Sequence record: SRR2962707_660
Strand: one strand, 5' to 3'
Length of the DNA stretch: 64,000 bases
Part shown: positions 43,697 to 54,189 of the stretch, piece by piece
How the letters are laid out: each line of letters opens with the position of its first letter
How positions within the stretch are numbered: position 1 is the stretch's first letter
Translations under genes and position numbers: made by a program
Notes under the pieces: model-generated
Databases searched by the model: none
What the model saw: only the letters and a program-made list of their open reading frames with translations
What the model was told of the DNA's origin: nothing

Positions 43697-45475
43697 TCAG
43701 ATCGTTAGCATACGGAATTCTTCATTTTCCTCGCACAAATATTCATAAGTTCCGGCATCCACAATCAATCCGTCCTTCATGAAGTAAATCTTGTCGCACC
43801 CGCGCACAGTCGAAAGCCGGTGGGCAATCATGATAAGGGTGCGGTCCTTGCGAGCCTCCTCAAGCGCCGCCATGAGAAGCCCTTCCGTCGTATTGTCGAC
43901 AGCGGCCGTCGCCTCATCCAGCACAAGAACCTCCGGGTCGTGATAGAGGGCGCGGGCGATCCCGATACGCTGCCGCTGTCCGCCCGAAAGCCGGATGCCA
44001 CGTTCGCCTATTTCCGAGAAAATGCCCTTGGGCATACCGTCCACAAACGCCTCCAGCTGGGCAATTCTCAGAACATCGCGAATACGTCCGTCGTCGATCT
44101 CATCGCCGGGAACACCGAGCGCGATGTTTGCACGGATGTTGTCGTCAAAAAGATGAATCGTCTGGGGTATGTAGCCAATCCGATCCTGCCAGCTTCGGAG
44201 GTTGTCGGCAATGTTCCTGCCGTCCACCAGGACCTCTCCCGTTTGCGGCGTCAGCAGCCCCAGAAGAATGTCCACAACTGTCGTCTTCCCGGCACCCGTT
44301 GATCCTGTAAAGGCTATCGAACTTCCCCGTTGAATATCGACGTTGATGCCCCTCAGTGATGGAGTGTGCGCTTCAGGGTAGCTGTATTTCACATCACGCA
44401 AGGAAATGGATTCACGAAAGACAATCGGGTTGCCTGACGGCTTGCTCGTCTGCACATTCCTGAGCACCTCAAATTCCCCAACCAGATGATCCAGCGACAC
44501 GATATTGCTTCGTAACGAAACAAGGCTTCCGCTGAACGTATTCATGCTGGGTAGAAGCCGTGCCATGACGGCAGCAAGGAGAACGACACCTTCGGCAACT
44601 TCCTGCGTCGAGTCGCCACGCGACACCAGCACATAGATAATGACGCCAATTCCGATAACCCCCAGCCCCTCGATCACGGGCTTCGCTGAGTCATGCGCAA
44701 ACATAGTGAAATGAAATGCACGGGCGCGGTCCGTTGATGCATCTTGTATACGCTGCACAAAGCTCTGCTCCTTGCCGCGCACACGAATATCTTTAAACGC
44801 CGTTATACTTTCCTGCGCCGTCTGCAGAAGACGCGATGTGCTGTAACTTTGTTCGCGCCCTGAGGACGCAGCACGCTTTCGTATGGAGCGCAGATAGGCA
44901 AAACCGACAATTCCAAGAAACCCGACGGTAAAGAGCCCCAATACCGGTTCTGCCATAAGAACCAGTGAGCCCAATGCTACAAGGAAAAACGTGGAGAGAA
45001 TCAGCTGCATAAGAGGACGTATAACGGACAGCAAGACCCGGTTGGTCTCGAAATGGAGGCTCCGGATACTCTCGGCCGAGCTGCGCATCAGGTGAAAAGT
45101 ATAAGGCGCGGCCATGTAGGCGCGGAAAAGATCTACCGTCACCCGCGCCATATGCCGGTTTACAAATCGCCCGCTCACATAGAACAGTGCGATTTGATAG
45201 GCAGACCGAAATACAAAGAAGCCTATAAACGCGCAGCCACCCCAGAACAATAGCTGTTCCGCATTCGCTATGCCGACCGACTCCAGAATCGGGGCAATTC
45301 GCGGATGCTCGAACACCCGGTCGGAATCGATCAGTGCACCTACAAAGATGGGAATGGCGCCAATCCCGATAAAATCCAGAAGCGCGGCGAACAGCATAAG
45401 CACCAACAGAGCTGCATAGCGCCATTGATCGCGCGGGGCGGTCATACGCCAAAAGCGCCGCAACGTATGATACAT
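43697..45475 (-). CDS. ABC transporter permease/ATPase fusion (PglK/WlaB-like lipid-linked glycan flippase)
   Basis: TM domain; GSTGAGKTT, IGYIPQ, LSGGQRQRIGIARALY, LVLDEAT, IAHRLST. Confidence 0.88.
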   Translation of the reverse strand: MYHTLRRFWRMTAPRDQWRYAALLVLMLFAALLDFIGIGAIPIFVGALIDSDRVFEHPRIAPILESVGIANAEQLLFWGGCAFIGFFVFRSAYQIALFYVSGRFVNRHMARVTVDLFRAYMAAPYTFHLMRSSAESIRSLHFETNRVLLSVIRPLMQLILSTFFLVALGSLVLMAEPVLGLFTVGFLGIVGFAYLRSIRKRAASSGREQSYSTSRLLQTAQESITAFKDIRVRGKEQSFVQRIQDASTDRARAFHFTMFAHDSAKPVIEGLGVIGIGVIIYVLVSRGDSTQEVAEGVVLLAAVMARLLPSMNTFSGSLVSLRSNIVSLDHLVGEFEVLRNVQTSKPSGNPIVFRESISLRDVKYSYPEAHTPSLRGINVDIQRGSSIAFTGSTGAGKTTVVDILLGLLTPQTGEVLVDGRNIADNLRSWQDRIGYIPQTIHLFDDNIRANIALGVPGDEIDDGRIRDVLRIAQLEAFVDGMPKGIFSEIGERGIRLSGGQRQRIGIARALYHDPEVLVLDEATAAVDNTTEGLLMAALEEARKDRTLIMIAHRLSTVRGCDKIYFMKDGLIVDAGTYEYLCEENEEFRMLTI

Positions 45476-45542
45476 GAACTCTTATCCCCAGATTGTATCC
45501 GACGAGCTGCGACATGCCGCAGACAGGATTAAAAGGAAGCCG

Positions 45543-46574
45543 CTAAAGACCGCACTTCTCCGAAGCCCGGATGAATTTGGCCTTGACCGGATAGTGATCG
45601 GAACCGCCCGCCCAGCGCGCAACAACTGCATCCACAGCCACGAGATCGCCGCTGAAGAATACATGATCAATCCTGATCATTGCGGGCAAAAACCGTCCGA
45701 GCTTTCTTCCCGGTGCCGGAAAACTCGCGCCGAGGCCGAACCCGGCCTCCTCATGCGCATTGCGAACAAAGCCGCGTAGATAAGCGTAGGAGGCGCTGCG
45801 TTCCGTCGTATTGAAGTCACCGGCAGCAAGTGCTGGGCCTTTGTGCATCCGCATATCTTCGGCAAGCATCGCCACAAACCGCTGCTGGCGCGCGACCCCG
45901 TCGAACGTCTTGGGCGCGCGCAAGTTCCACAAATGGATGTCGCCGCAGGGTAGGTGGGCAACCATCTTCTGTATACCGCGCAGCGGTGGCAGAGACGTCA
46001 ACGGGAAACGGCTGATGACAGTGAGCCCTGTGCGTGCTTGCGACTCTGTATAAACCGGCGCGCCTCCGTATAACCCGTTGATGCGCTCAAGCAGATCGCT
46101 CGCCACATGCAGTTCCTGCAGAAACAGAATGTCAGGCCGCTCTTTCAGTATCACGGATGCCATTGCGTCTGCGTTCCGATTGCGGCCCATCACGCTGTAA
46201 CTCATTACCGTAAAGGCGCCTTCACCAATCTGTGATCCGTTAAAGCGCGGCGCAAATTGGGGCACATAAGGTAACGCCAGCAGAACTGCGAACGGCACGG
46301 CGAGAGCGGCTAGACGCCAACGCCGATGCGCCAAGGCAAAAACGGAGACGGCAATCAGCCCCAATGCAATCCACGCGGCGAAGTGAAGCGCAAGCCGCAC
46401 CGGCAGAAGTGCTTCGCCCGTGGCAGCCCACAGTGCGAGCCACAACAGCGCGAACCCTGCGTATCCCCACGCCGCAAAGGCGCAAACCGCAAATATCGGC
46501 GTCCAGCCTGTCCACGCCGCAACCTTGCGCCATCGATGGCGGATTGCGCCGGAAAGGCTGTCTCGTCGAAGCAT
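45543..46574 (-). CDS. Membrane-anchored endonuclease/exonuclease/phosphatase (EEP) family protein
   Basis: N-terminal TM helices; MSYSV, PDILFLQE, AGDFN, RIDHVF, SDHYPV. Confidence 0.85.
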   Translation of the reverse strand: MLRRDSLSGAIRHRWRKVAAWTGWTPIFAVCAFAAWGYAGFALLWLALWAATGEALLPVRLALHFAAWIALGLIAVSVFALAHRRWRLAALAVPFAVLLALPYVPQFAPRFNGSQIGEGAFTVMSYSVMGRNRNADAMASVILKERPDILFLQELHVASDLLERINGLYGGAPVYTESQARTGLTVISRFPLTSLPPLRGIQKMVAHLPCGDIHLWNLRAPKTFDGVARQQRFVAMLAEDMRMHKGPALAAGDFNTTERSASYAYLRGFVRNAHEEAGFGLGASFPAPGRKLGRFLPAMIRIDHVFFSGDLVAVDAVVARWAGGSDHYPVKAKFIRASEKCGL

Positions 46575-46636
46575 CGGGAAAGCTCTGGTCTTGCATGATG
46601 GGCGGCGCAGCTTGGCCGGTATTTTGATTAGTATCG

Positions 46637-48121
46637 GTGAAATTTCCGGTTAAAAACAGAGACAGCACGTCGGTTCGCAGGACGGATTGCACGGAAGTAA
46701 CGATGCTGCTCGAGAAAGACGACAATGGCGAACGAATGAAGCGAGCACGGAATCCGATCCATTTCCGCCTTGTGTTTTGGGGCCTGATGCTGCTGATCGC
46801 GTGGACGCCGCTTCCCTTGGGCAGCAATCGCCCTTGGTCGGCCGCCTTGCTCGCCCTGCTGGCAGGTGGGCTCCTTGCCAGCCTCGCCGCCGTCAATCTG
46901 CTGAGTCGAAGAGATCTGTCCTCTCCGAGCGGCAGCCTTCGACTGCCGCTCGCTCTCGCCATCGTTCCCCTGCTGTGGGCCCTCATTCAATGGTCCACAT
47001 GGACCCCCGAAGCTTGGCATCATCCTATCTGGCGGCAGGCCGCGTCCGCGCTTGGCATACCGATCGGCGGGCGTATCACGGTGAACCCCGATGCGACACT
47101 CTCTGCGCTCATGAACCTCTCGGCTTATCTCGCAATCTTCTGGACGGCGATGATAACGACGCGGGATGTGGCCCGAGCCCGGCTTGCCATCCATATCTTC
47201 ATCTGGATCGGCGCGGCTTACGCATTTTACGGCCTCGTCGTTTTCTTCACCGGCAGCGAAACGATCCTCTTTTTCGACAAGTGGGACTATTTCGGTTCTC
47301 TAACATCCACATTCGTAAACCGAAATTCCTACGCCACCTACGCCGGACTCGGCCTGCTTTGCGCGACGGGCCTTCTGTTCGAGGAAATACGGCAGAGGAT
47401 GCCGAGGCGGATGACCCGCCTGCGCAGCCTGTTCGTCCTTGTCGTGGATATTGTCTCCCGCAAATTTCCGCTTCTGCTGGCAACCCTGCTTCTGGCTTGC
47501 GCCCTGATGCTGACCGGCTCCCGCGCCGGCATCGCCAGCACGCTTGCTGCTCTGCTTGTCCTTTTTGGCCTCTCCACTTTCGGGCAGCGTGGCCTGGGCG
47601 TGAAGGGGGTCGCTGTCGCCGCGCCGCTGATTCTGGTTCTGCTCACTTCCTTTTGGCTAGCCTCCGGTCCCTTGACCGAACGTCTGGACAAGATCCCGCA
47701 GGCGGGTGACCGGATAGCGGCCTACGCGCTCACTCTGAGGGCCATCGAAAGCGCGCCCCTTCTGGGAACCGGATACGGCACCTTCCAGGAAACCTTCGCG
47801 TCCAATCGCGACCTCTCCTCCGCGAGTCCGTCGAGTTGGAAAAAGGCGCACAACACCTATCTCGAAAACATGCTTGAACTGGGCATCCCCGCCGCCATGT
47901 CCTTGAACCTGGCAATCGCGCTCATTGCATGGCGCGCGCTCCGCGCCATTCCCGTCCGGCGCCGTGGCCGCATTTACCTGGTCCTCGGCGTGTCGGCCAC
48001 AATATTGGTCGGCCTGCACTCGCTGGTTGATTTCAGCTTGCAGATACCCGCCGTGTCAGCGGCCTATGCTTTCATAATGGGGGTCGCGACAGCCCATGCG
48101 TATCGGGAAGGCAAAGCCTGA
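46637..48121 (+). CDS. O-antigen ligase / Wzy_C family membrane protein
   Basis: PLPLGSNRPW, STFVNRNSYATY, TGSRAG, GTGYGTF, AHNTYLE, LHSLVDFSLQIPA; start may be about 100 bp later. Confidence 0.85.
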   Translation: MKFPVKNRDSTSVRRTDCTEVTMLLEKDDNGERMKRARNPIHFRLVFWGLMLLIAWTPLPLGSNRPWSAALLALLAGGLLASLAAVNLLSRRDLSSPSGSLRLPLALAIVPLLWALIQWSTWTPEAWHHPIWRQAASALGIPIGGRITVNPDATLSALMNLSAYLAIFWTAMITTRDVARARLAIHIFIWIGAAYAFYGLVVFFTGSETILFFDKWDYFGSLTSTFVNRNSYATYAGLGLLCATGLLFEEIRQRMPRRMTRLRSLFVLVVDIVSRKFPLLLATLLLACALMLTGSRAGIASTLAALLVLFGLSTFGQRGLGVKGVAVAAPLILVLLTSFWLASGPLTERLDKIPQAGDRIAAYALTLRAIESAPLLGTGYGTFQETFASNRDLSSASPSSWKKAHNTYLENMLELGIPAAMSLNLAIALIAWRALRAIPVRRRGRIYLVLGVSATILVGLHSLVDFSLQIPAVSAAYAFIMGVATAHAYREGKA

Positions 48122-48140
48122 GACATATCCGCCGGGCTTG

Positions 48141-48851
48141 TTACGAACCCTTGGACAGGCGTTTTACCCGGTAGTCGAGATATCTCCCGTCTGCCTCCGG
48201 ATCGGGAAGAAGTTGGCGCAGGAGCATCTTCTCCTTCGGGCCTAGCAGGACATAGAGTTCTGCCACCCTGACTGCGTGGCGGGCGCGCCAAAGCAGCGCC
48301 ACTTGAGACGCGGCATCCTCGCGCGCTTCCGCAGGAAGCTCGTCCCAGCCCGACAAATAAGTCTGCAGCCGCCTCAGACCATCGGGAAGCTCCAGCCGCC
48401 CCGTCAGCCATGACAGCTCGAGCGCATCCTGTGCAAGCGGCGTCATACCGGCGGCGGCAAATTCCGCATAGGCGAGCCGCGACCATATATCGGTTCGCAA
48501 GGGCGCCATCGATGCGGCCTGTACCAAGCGATCACGGCCTTCGCGAATGGGTTTGGACTGAAGGCGCTGCAATCCGATCTCGACCGAGACGATGGCAGCC
48601 CGGTTCTGCAATTCCGGGGAGGAAGGAAAACGGCTGGCTGCCTCACTGTACCGGGCCGCCATGGCGGCCATGTCGCTTTTGGCGAGCGATCCACCCTGCC
48701 CCAACTGCCAGTAACGGCCATCCTCGGGCAGGGCCGTGCCATAGGCCCAAAGCCGTGGCCCGGAAAGGGCTAGCAACAAAAGCCCCAACAGCAGCGCAAC
48801 GGCCTCGCCAGCTTTGTACTTCCGGGCGAGACCTCGCATGTCCTGCGGCAT
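48141..48851 (-). CDS. Hypothetical membrane-anchored helical protein downstream of wzc
   Basis: ATG 2 bp after the wzc stop; N-terminal TM helix (AVALLLGLLLLAL), TPR-like helices. Confidence 0.65.
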   Translation of the reverse strand: MPQDMRGLARKYKAGEAVALLLGLLLLALSGPRLWAYGTALPEDGRYWQLGQGGSLAKSDMAAMAARYSEAASRFPSSPELQNRAAIVSVEIGLQRLQSKPIREGRDRLVQAASMAPLRTDIWSRLAYAEFAAAGMTPLAQDALELSWLTGRLELPDGLRRLQTYLSGWDELPAEAREDAASQVALLWRARHAVRVAELYVLLGPKEKMLLRQLLPDPEADGRYLDYRVKRLSKGS

Positions 48852-48852
48852 C

Positions 48853-51099
48853 TCAGTTCGAGTGATACGAGCTGTAGCTGCTGTAGTAGTAGCCGCCGTC
48901 GCCATACCCGTATTTCTTCTGCTGGGTGAGATCGACCTGCGCCAGCACGACGCCCCCCAGCGGAAGACCGAAGGTGTAAAATTCGCGAATGGCATTCTTC
49001 GCGGCCGCCTTCGGCGTCTTGTTCCACTGAACGATAAAAAGTGTCGTGTCGACGAGCTTCGCAAGCTGTCGCGTATCCGAAACGGGCAGCACAGGCGCGG
49101 AATCGACCACCACCAGATCGTATGTGCGGCGGAGATGAGCCATGAGGTCCTGCATATGCTGGGATCCCAGAAGCTCGGTCGGATTGGCCGTTCCCGCCAC
49201 AATCGGAATGACGTCGAGCCCGGCTTCATGGTGAAGGAGAACGTCGTCAAGCTCTACTTGCTGCGCCAGGTACTCGACCAAGCCGGCTGCGGGCTTCTTT
49301 AGTTTCAGCGCCTCAATGACTTTCGGCCGTCGCAGATCGCAATCCATGAGAACGACCTTGGATCCTGCTCGGGCAGCCGACAGGGCGAAACTTGCCGCCG
49401 CCGTCGTCTTGCCCTCGCCAGGAAGCGACGAGGTGACGAGAACAACCAGAGGCGGCCGGTCCACATTCGACAGGGCCAGCGCGGTCCGAAGACCCCGGAA
49501 TGCTTCGGCATAGGAAGAAAGGGGTTTCTTCAGCAGAAACTCCTGCGGCTGGTCCCGGCCCGCGGTTGCCCGGTCGACAAGCGGCACGACGCCGAGATTG
49601 GCAACGCCAAGCGTTTCCTCGACCTGCGCTGTCGTGTGCATGGTGTCGTCCAGCAATTCCAGCAGCACCGCACAACCTAAACCCGCGCCAAGAGCCGCCA
49701 CCAGCGCACCGGCCAGCAATATGTTCATCTTCGGTTCGCTCGGCGATGTCGGAACGCTCGCCTCGGATATCACCCGCGCATCGGGCGTCAGCAGCCCCTG
49801 CTGTTCGCTGGTCTGCCGGAACCGGTTCAAAAACGACTCATAAAGAGTGCGGGTAGCCGTCGCATCGCGTTCGAGCGCGCGAAGTTGCACGAAGGCCTGA
49901 TTATCGCCCGACGCCCGCTTCGTCAGCCCCGCAAGGCTCTCTTCCAGCGACCTCTCGCGGGTGGCAGCCACATCCACCTCATTCCTCATGCCTTCCGCAA
50001 TGCGGCTGATTTCCTGCGAAATCTCCCGGCCCAAGTCGCGCTGTTCCGCCTGAACTTTCAAAATTTCCGGGTGACGGGGGCCATAGCGGGAAGACAATTC
50101 GGCTTGGCTGCGCGCGAGTTCCGCCTGCTGCTGCCTCAAACCGCCGATGACGGGAGAGGACAGAACCTCCCCGATGGCATCGACGCTGCCGCCCTGCTTC
50201 AGAACCTGTTGTAGCCTGCCGTAACGCGCCTGTTTGGCCGCGCGCTCGGCGCGGGCCAGAATAAGCTGGCTGTTGAGTTCGGAAAGCTGCTGTTCGTTCA
50301 GCGTGCCACCCTCGGTGTTGGCGCTGAGGAGATTGTTCTCGGTCCGGAATATTTCGACCGCGCGCTCGGCTTCGTCGAGCTTCGTTCGCAACTCCGACAA
50401 CCGGTCGTTCAACCACTCATTGGCTCGCCGGGTCGCTTCGAACTTCGCTTCCAGTTGATCGAGCACATAGGCTTCGGCCACGCCATTGGCGACGCGGGCT
50501 GCTTTTTCACGGTCTATTGATGTAAATGAAATCTCGATCGACATCGCCGAGGCATTCGGACGAACCTCAAGCCCGCCCAAAACCGCGCGGAACACAGCCT
50601 CGGATTCGACCCGCACCCTCTCTTCCGCGGCAAGCACCTTCGAACCACCAAATCCACCAGTCACCCATGAGGGTATTATTCCGCCCGACTCAGACACCCC
50701 TTTTTCGAGAAACGGATTGAATTCCGGATCATCTTCAAGCCCAAGCTCGGCGATGACCCGCCCAACGACCGATTTCGAACGGATCAACGCCGCTTGGGCG
50801 CTGACCGCGCCCGCATTTGGATCGGACAGAACCGACTCGATGTCCACAACCTGCTCTCGCCTGGTTTCGATCATGACGACTGTTGTCGCCGTAAACCGTG
50901 GCGTGAGCGTCTGGAGGACGAGGAAGGCGCAAATGAAAAGAACCACGGCCACGCCCAGGACGAGCCAGATGCGGCGCCTGACCATGGCGATCACGGCATG
51001 CAGGTCGATGCCGCTCCCATCGTCATCCATGGGACCGCCGGGATAGGAACGTGCGGCTTCGGCCCCAACGTCGTCGCGATTGGCATTCATGGCACTCAT
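48853..51099 (-). CDS. wzc: Polysaccharide co-polymerase / tyrosine autokinase
   Basis: Wzz-type N-terminus, coiled coil, TSSLPGEGKTT, DCDLRRP, VVDSAP; Tyr-rich tail YGYGDGGYYYSSYSSY. Confidence 0.93.
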   Translation of the reverse strand: MSAMNANRDDVGAEAARSYPGGPMDDDGSGIDLHAVIAMVRRRIWLVLGVAVVLFICAFLVLQTLTPRFTATTVVMIETRREQVVDIESVLSDPNAGAVSAQAALIRSKSVVGRVIAELGLEDDPEFNPFLEKGVSESGGIIPSWVTGGFGGSKVLAAEERVRVESEAVFRAVLGGLEVRPNASAMSIEISFTSIDREKAARVANGVAEAYVLDQLEAKFEATRRANEWLNDRLSELRTKLDEAERAVEIFRTENNLLSANTEGGTLNEQQLSELNSQLILARAERAAKQARYGRLQQVLKQGGSVDAIGEVLSSPVIGGLRQQQAELARSQAELSSRYGPRHPEILKVQAEQRDLGREISQEISRIAEGMRNEVDVAATRERSLEESLAGLTKRASGDNQAFVQLRALERDATATRTLYESFLNRFRQTSEQQGLLTPDARVISEASVPTSPSEPKMNILLAGALVAALGAGLGCAVLLELLDDTMHTTAQVEETLGVANLGVVPLVDRATAGRDQPQEFLLKKPLSSYAEAFRGLRTALALSNVDRPPLVVLVTSSLPGEGKTTAAASFALSAARAGSKVVLMDCDLRRPKVIEALKLKKPAAGLVEYLAQQVELDDVLLHHEAGLDVIPIVAGTANPTELLGSQHMQDLMAHLRRTYDLVVVDSAPVLPVSDTRQLAKLVDTTLFIVQWNKTPKAAAKNAIREFYTFGLPLGGVVLAQVDLTQQKKYGYGDGGYYYSSYSSYHSN

Positions 51100-51234
51100 T
51101 CAGTCTGATCTCTTCTCAATCCGGCGCTCTAGGCCGAGTTCCGGTCATTCCGCCACAATCGGGCGCTGCCTGCGATTTGGCTGGGAGACTACCGGGCCAG
51201 GGCAAAGCCCAACAACCTAAATCCCCAAATCAAA

Positions 51235-51265
51235 GGCCGCGAAACCGATTTGTGGTTTCGCGGCC
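51235..51265 (-). terminator. Stem-loop between the beta-barrel gene and wzc
   Basis: GGCCGCGAAACC-7nt-GGTTTCGCGGCC, followed by TTTGATTT on the minus strand. Confidence 0.6.
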
Positions 51266-51304
51266 AAGTAGTGTCGGTTTCGCTCGGTGACAAATTATTG
51301 CCGG

Positions 51305-52531
51305 TCAGCGTTGCAGGATCAGCGAAACGCCAACCCGGTTCTCCGTAAAGTCCTGTCCGGCCAGGCTCGAGCTGCGCTCGCTGTAGTCATAGCCGAGGCG
51401 GACCGAGGCGTACCGGTTCACGAGGTAACGAACACCCGCGCCGGCGTCGATATAGTCCTCGTTCTTGGCGTTGCCTTCATAGTCGGCATTTTCGAAGCGG
51501 AAATCGCCGGTCAGAATGACATTACGAAGCAACTCGTGCTCAATGCCGACCTCACCATACTGCGAGAGGTAACCGCCAGATGTCGCGAGCGTCGACTCTC
51601 CGACTTCCGCACCGGCACCGAAACGTACGGTGGTCAGAGGTGTGGCAAGCCATGTGACGTCAGCGTGATAGGCCAGCCCGCTGACATTCTCGAACAAGGC
51701 TGAGTCGTAATCCTGTTCCTGATATCCAACCCCGATTTCACCGCGAAGCAGGCGGGTCGGCGCAAAGCTGATACCGCCCTCGACCGCATAACCGTCCGAG
51801 TCGCGATTGAAGGCCGCGGCAGGTGGCTGGAGGTCATAGCGCCGCTGGTTCAGGCGGCCCTCGACAAAGATGTTGGTATCGGGAGAAACGTCGTAACCGA
51901 GCCGCAATGACTGCCCGAGCACCTCGCGGTCCCGGTCGTTATTGTTGATCGTACCCCCGCCGATCGCATCGACACTGTCGAAATCGAGATCCGCATAGGA
52001 GGCGCCCACTGCGGCCGTCATGCGATTAAAACGCTGGTTGAGCGTGATGGCGGCTGCAAGCGTTGAATAGGGCGTCGGCTCTGCGGCGCCCGCGACAGCC
52101 GAGGGCGTACCGCGCTCTTCGTGACCTTCCCGGTAGCTGAGTTCGCCCACAATGTTGGTATCGCTGGTAATATCCAACCGTCCATCGGTGCCGACGACCC
52201 AGTTCGTATTGTCCTCAGCGCTGTTGTCTTCATAGAAATTGTGCTGAAGACCGGCGTAGAGGTTCAGGGCATGACGGCTCCAGGTCGACTGGACTTCGAC
52301 CTGAGGCTCGATGGTGAAGATGAAATCGTCGACGGTATTCGTGTCGGTCCGGTAGATGTTGTCGCTATAGGTCGCCGTCAGCTCGGTCGACGGAAGAATG
52401 ACAAAACTGCCCGCGCGCACGCCGGTCGGCGCATAAGCAGCTTCGGTTCCGCCGTCCTGCGCATTGGCTGCGGCGATGGAAGCGCCGAAAGCCAAAGCTG
52501 TCAGAAGTGGCAGGTATTTCCCCATCGGCAT
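51305..52531 (-). CDS. Outer-membrane beta-barrel of EPS export loci (BBP2-like)
   Basis: Signal peptide; GVRAGSFVILP, YSDNIY, STWSRHAL; C-terminal FTENRVGVSLILQR. Confidence 0.85.
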   Translation of the reverse strand: MPMGKYLPLLTALAFGASIAAANAQDGGTEAAYAPTGVRAGSFVILPSTELTATYSDNIYRTDTNTVDDFIFTIEPQVEVQSTWSRHALNLYAGLQHNFYEDNSAEDNTNWVVGTDGRLDITSDTNIVGELSYREGHEERGTPSAVAGAAEPTPYSTLAAAITLNQRFNRMTAAVGASYADLDFDSVDAIGGGTINNNDRDREVLGQSLRLGYDVSPDTNIFVEGRLNQRRYDLQPPAAAFNRDSDGYAVEGGISFAPTRLLRGEIGVGYQEQDYDSALFENVSGLAYHADVTWLATPLTTVRFGAGAEVGESTLATSGGYLSQYGEVGIEHELLRNVILTGDFRFENADYEGNAKNEDYIDAGAGVRYLVNRYASVRLGYDYSERSSSLAGQDFTENRVGVSLILQR

Positions 52532-52635
52532 CTTGATCCCTCATAATTTTGATACGCGGATCGCGTATGAGCCCCTTGCAGGCCCTAAATCCAGGCACGT
52601 CTCGCCCACAGAAAATGCGCGGCTTGTCCTAAAGA

Positions 52636-53103
52636 CTAGTTCGCGCTCTTGTCACCCGTGGGCTCGGTGAACAGGTCGTTGCGGCGGTTCGCCACGATGG
52701 TCGCGGTCTGCCCGACGGTTTCGGCGAACGCCGTCTGCACTTCTTCCGACATCGTGGTCACAACGGCGGCGACTTCGGACGCCGCTGTCGGATTGGTTTC
52801 ATTGAGCGCCAGCACCGCGAGGCCAAGGCCGTCGCCGATCGCCGCGAGGCGTTCATCGCTCAGCGGCGGGTCCATCTCGGCGACCTTGTCGGCGATGATT
52901 TGCGCGGCAGCAGCCGGATTTTCAGCGTTGATGACGATCTCCGCGATCGCCTCCGCAAGCTGTTCATCGGTCAGGGTGGCATCGGCCAGCACGGCATCCA
53001 CATCCGCCGCAACATCGGCCTGCGCGGGTGACACCATTGTGAAGGATGCCGCGAACGCCATCATCGCAACCGCGACGACGGGCGCGATTAAATTTCTGAA
53101 CAT
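52636..53103 (-). CDS. Small secreted acidic Ala-rich hypothetical protein
   Basis: RBS GGGAG; signal peptide MFRNLIAPVVAVAMM...PAQA; 155 aa. Confidence 0.75.
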   Translation of the reverse strand: MFRNLIAPVVAVAMMAFAASFTMVSPAQADVAADVDAVLADATLTDEQLAEAIAEIVINAENPAAAAQIIADKVAEMDPPLSDERLAAIGDGLGLAVLALNETNPTAASEVAAVVTTMSEEVQTAFAETVGQTATIVANRRNDLFTEPTGDKSAN

Positions 53104-53408
53104 CGCCAACTCCCGAATGTTGATCCGCTTGCCAAATTTCAGCGCCATGATTGAACGCGAGCTGCGGAGAACCCTTGTCATGTTAATAACATATTAGCCA
53201 AAACGGCCCAACCGGAACGCCCTCACAGAAACAGCAAGAGGCCGTTGCATCCTACGAATCATACGGTTTGTGGCGTCAACGCCACGTTCCTGTTAACCAT
53301 GACCTTCTGACGCCGCGACGTTTCTCCACAGCTTGTGTCCCTGGCAAGCCGCGCACACAAAACCACTGTGTTAGGACGCGAAGGACGGTGATTCCCGTAC
53401 GAACGATC

Positions 53409-54056
53409 CTAGAAAAAGCGCTCGGGGATTCGGATGACGTCGCCGGGTTGCACTTTCAGCGTATCGAGCTGCCGGACCTCCGCTTCGCCGCCCGCATTCT
53501 CGCGTGTGACGAAGACGCGTGAATCGTCCGCCCGGTAGGTGTAACCCCCTGCAACCGCAACAGCATTCAGAACCGTCATGCCGTCCGTATAGGGATACTC
53601 GCCGGGCTTCGTTACCTCGCCGATGATGTAGAAAGGCCGGTAATTGATCACCTCCGCGCTGACGCGGGGGTTTGTGAGATATCCGTTCTGGAGCTTCGCC
53701 TCGATCGCGTCCTCGAACTCACTGAGCGTGAGGCCGCGCGCATCGACCTGACCGATAAGCGGCAGGGCCGCCTTGCCGGAACCGCTGATATCGAACTCGC
53801 CTGAAAGATTGGGTTCGTCGAAGACGATGACCCGGAGCCGGTCGCCCGAACCAAGGCGATAATCGGTCTGGGCCGGCAGCGAACTTGCGCCGCCTCCCTC
53901 CACGCCTGAGGAGCGCGCACCCCCGCCACCGCAGCCGGCAAGCAGCATGGCCATCACAGCGAGGCCGAAAGCCACTTGGAAAAATTGTTTGTAAGACAGG
54001 ACGTTACGGGTTTCGAATGCGCGGAATCCCGAGGACCGCGCGGCGGAATACGTCAT
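53409..54056 (-). CDS. wza: Polysaccharide export lipoprotein (short Wza/OPX)
   Basis: Lipobox LAGC; YRLGSGDRLRV, LPLIG, YRPFYIIGEV..PG.Y, AVAVAGG, PERFF. Confidence 0.9.
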   Translation of the reverse strand: MTYSAARSSGFRAFETRNVLSYKQFFQVAFGLAVMAMLLAGCGGGGARSSGVEGGGASSLPAQTDYRLGSGDRLRVIVFDEPNLSGEFDISGSGKAALPLIGQVDARGLTLSEFEDAIEAKLQNGYLTNPRVSAEVINYRPFYIIGEVTKPGEYPYTDGMTVLNAVAVAGGYTYRADDSRVFVTRENAGGEAEVRQLDTLKVQPGDVIRIPERFF

Positions 54057-54189
54057 CTAGAGCCCCTTTTCCGTCGCTCGCCCGCATGCGGACGTGGTGC
54101 CCGCAATTCCTATCACTATTTCGGAGGGGGTAAAGAGCGCAAACGTCAGCGGACCGCTCAATTTCGCGTCGCCTGGTTAAGGGAACCGG

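Noticed and set aside
48852-49250. N-terminal extension of the 48141..49250 ORF
   Set aside because: Overlaps the wzc 3' end; the ATG at 48851 is the more plausible start
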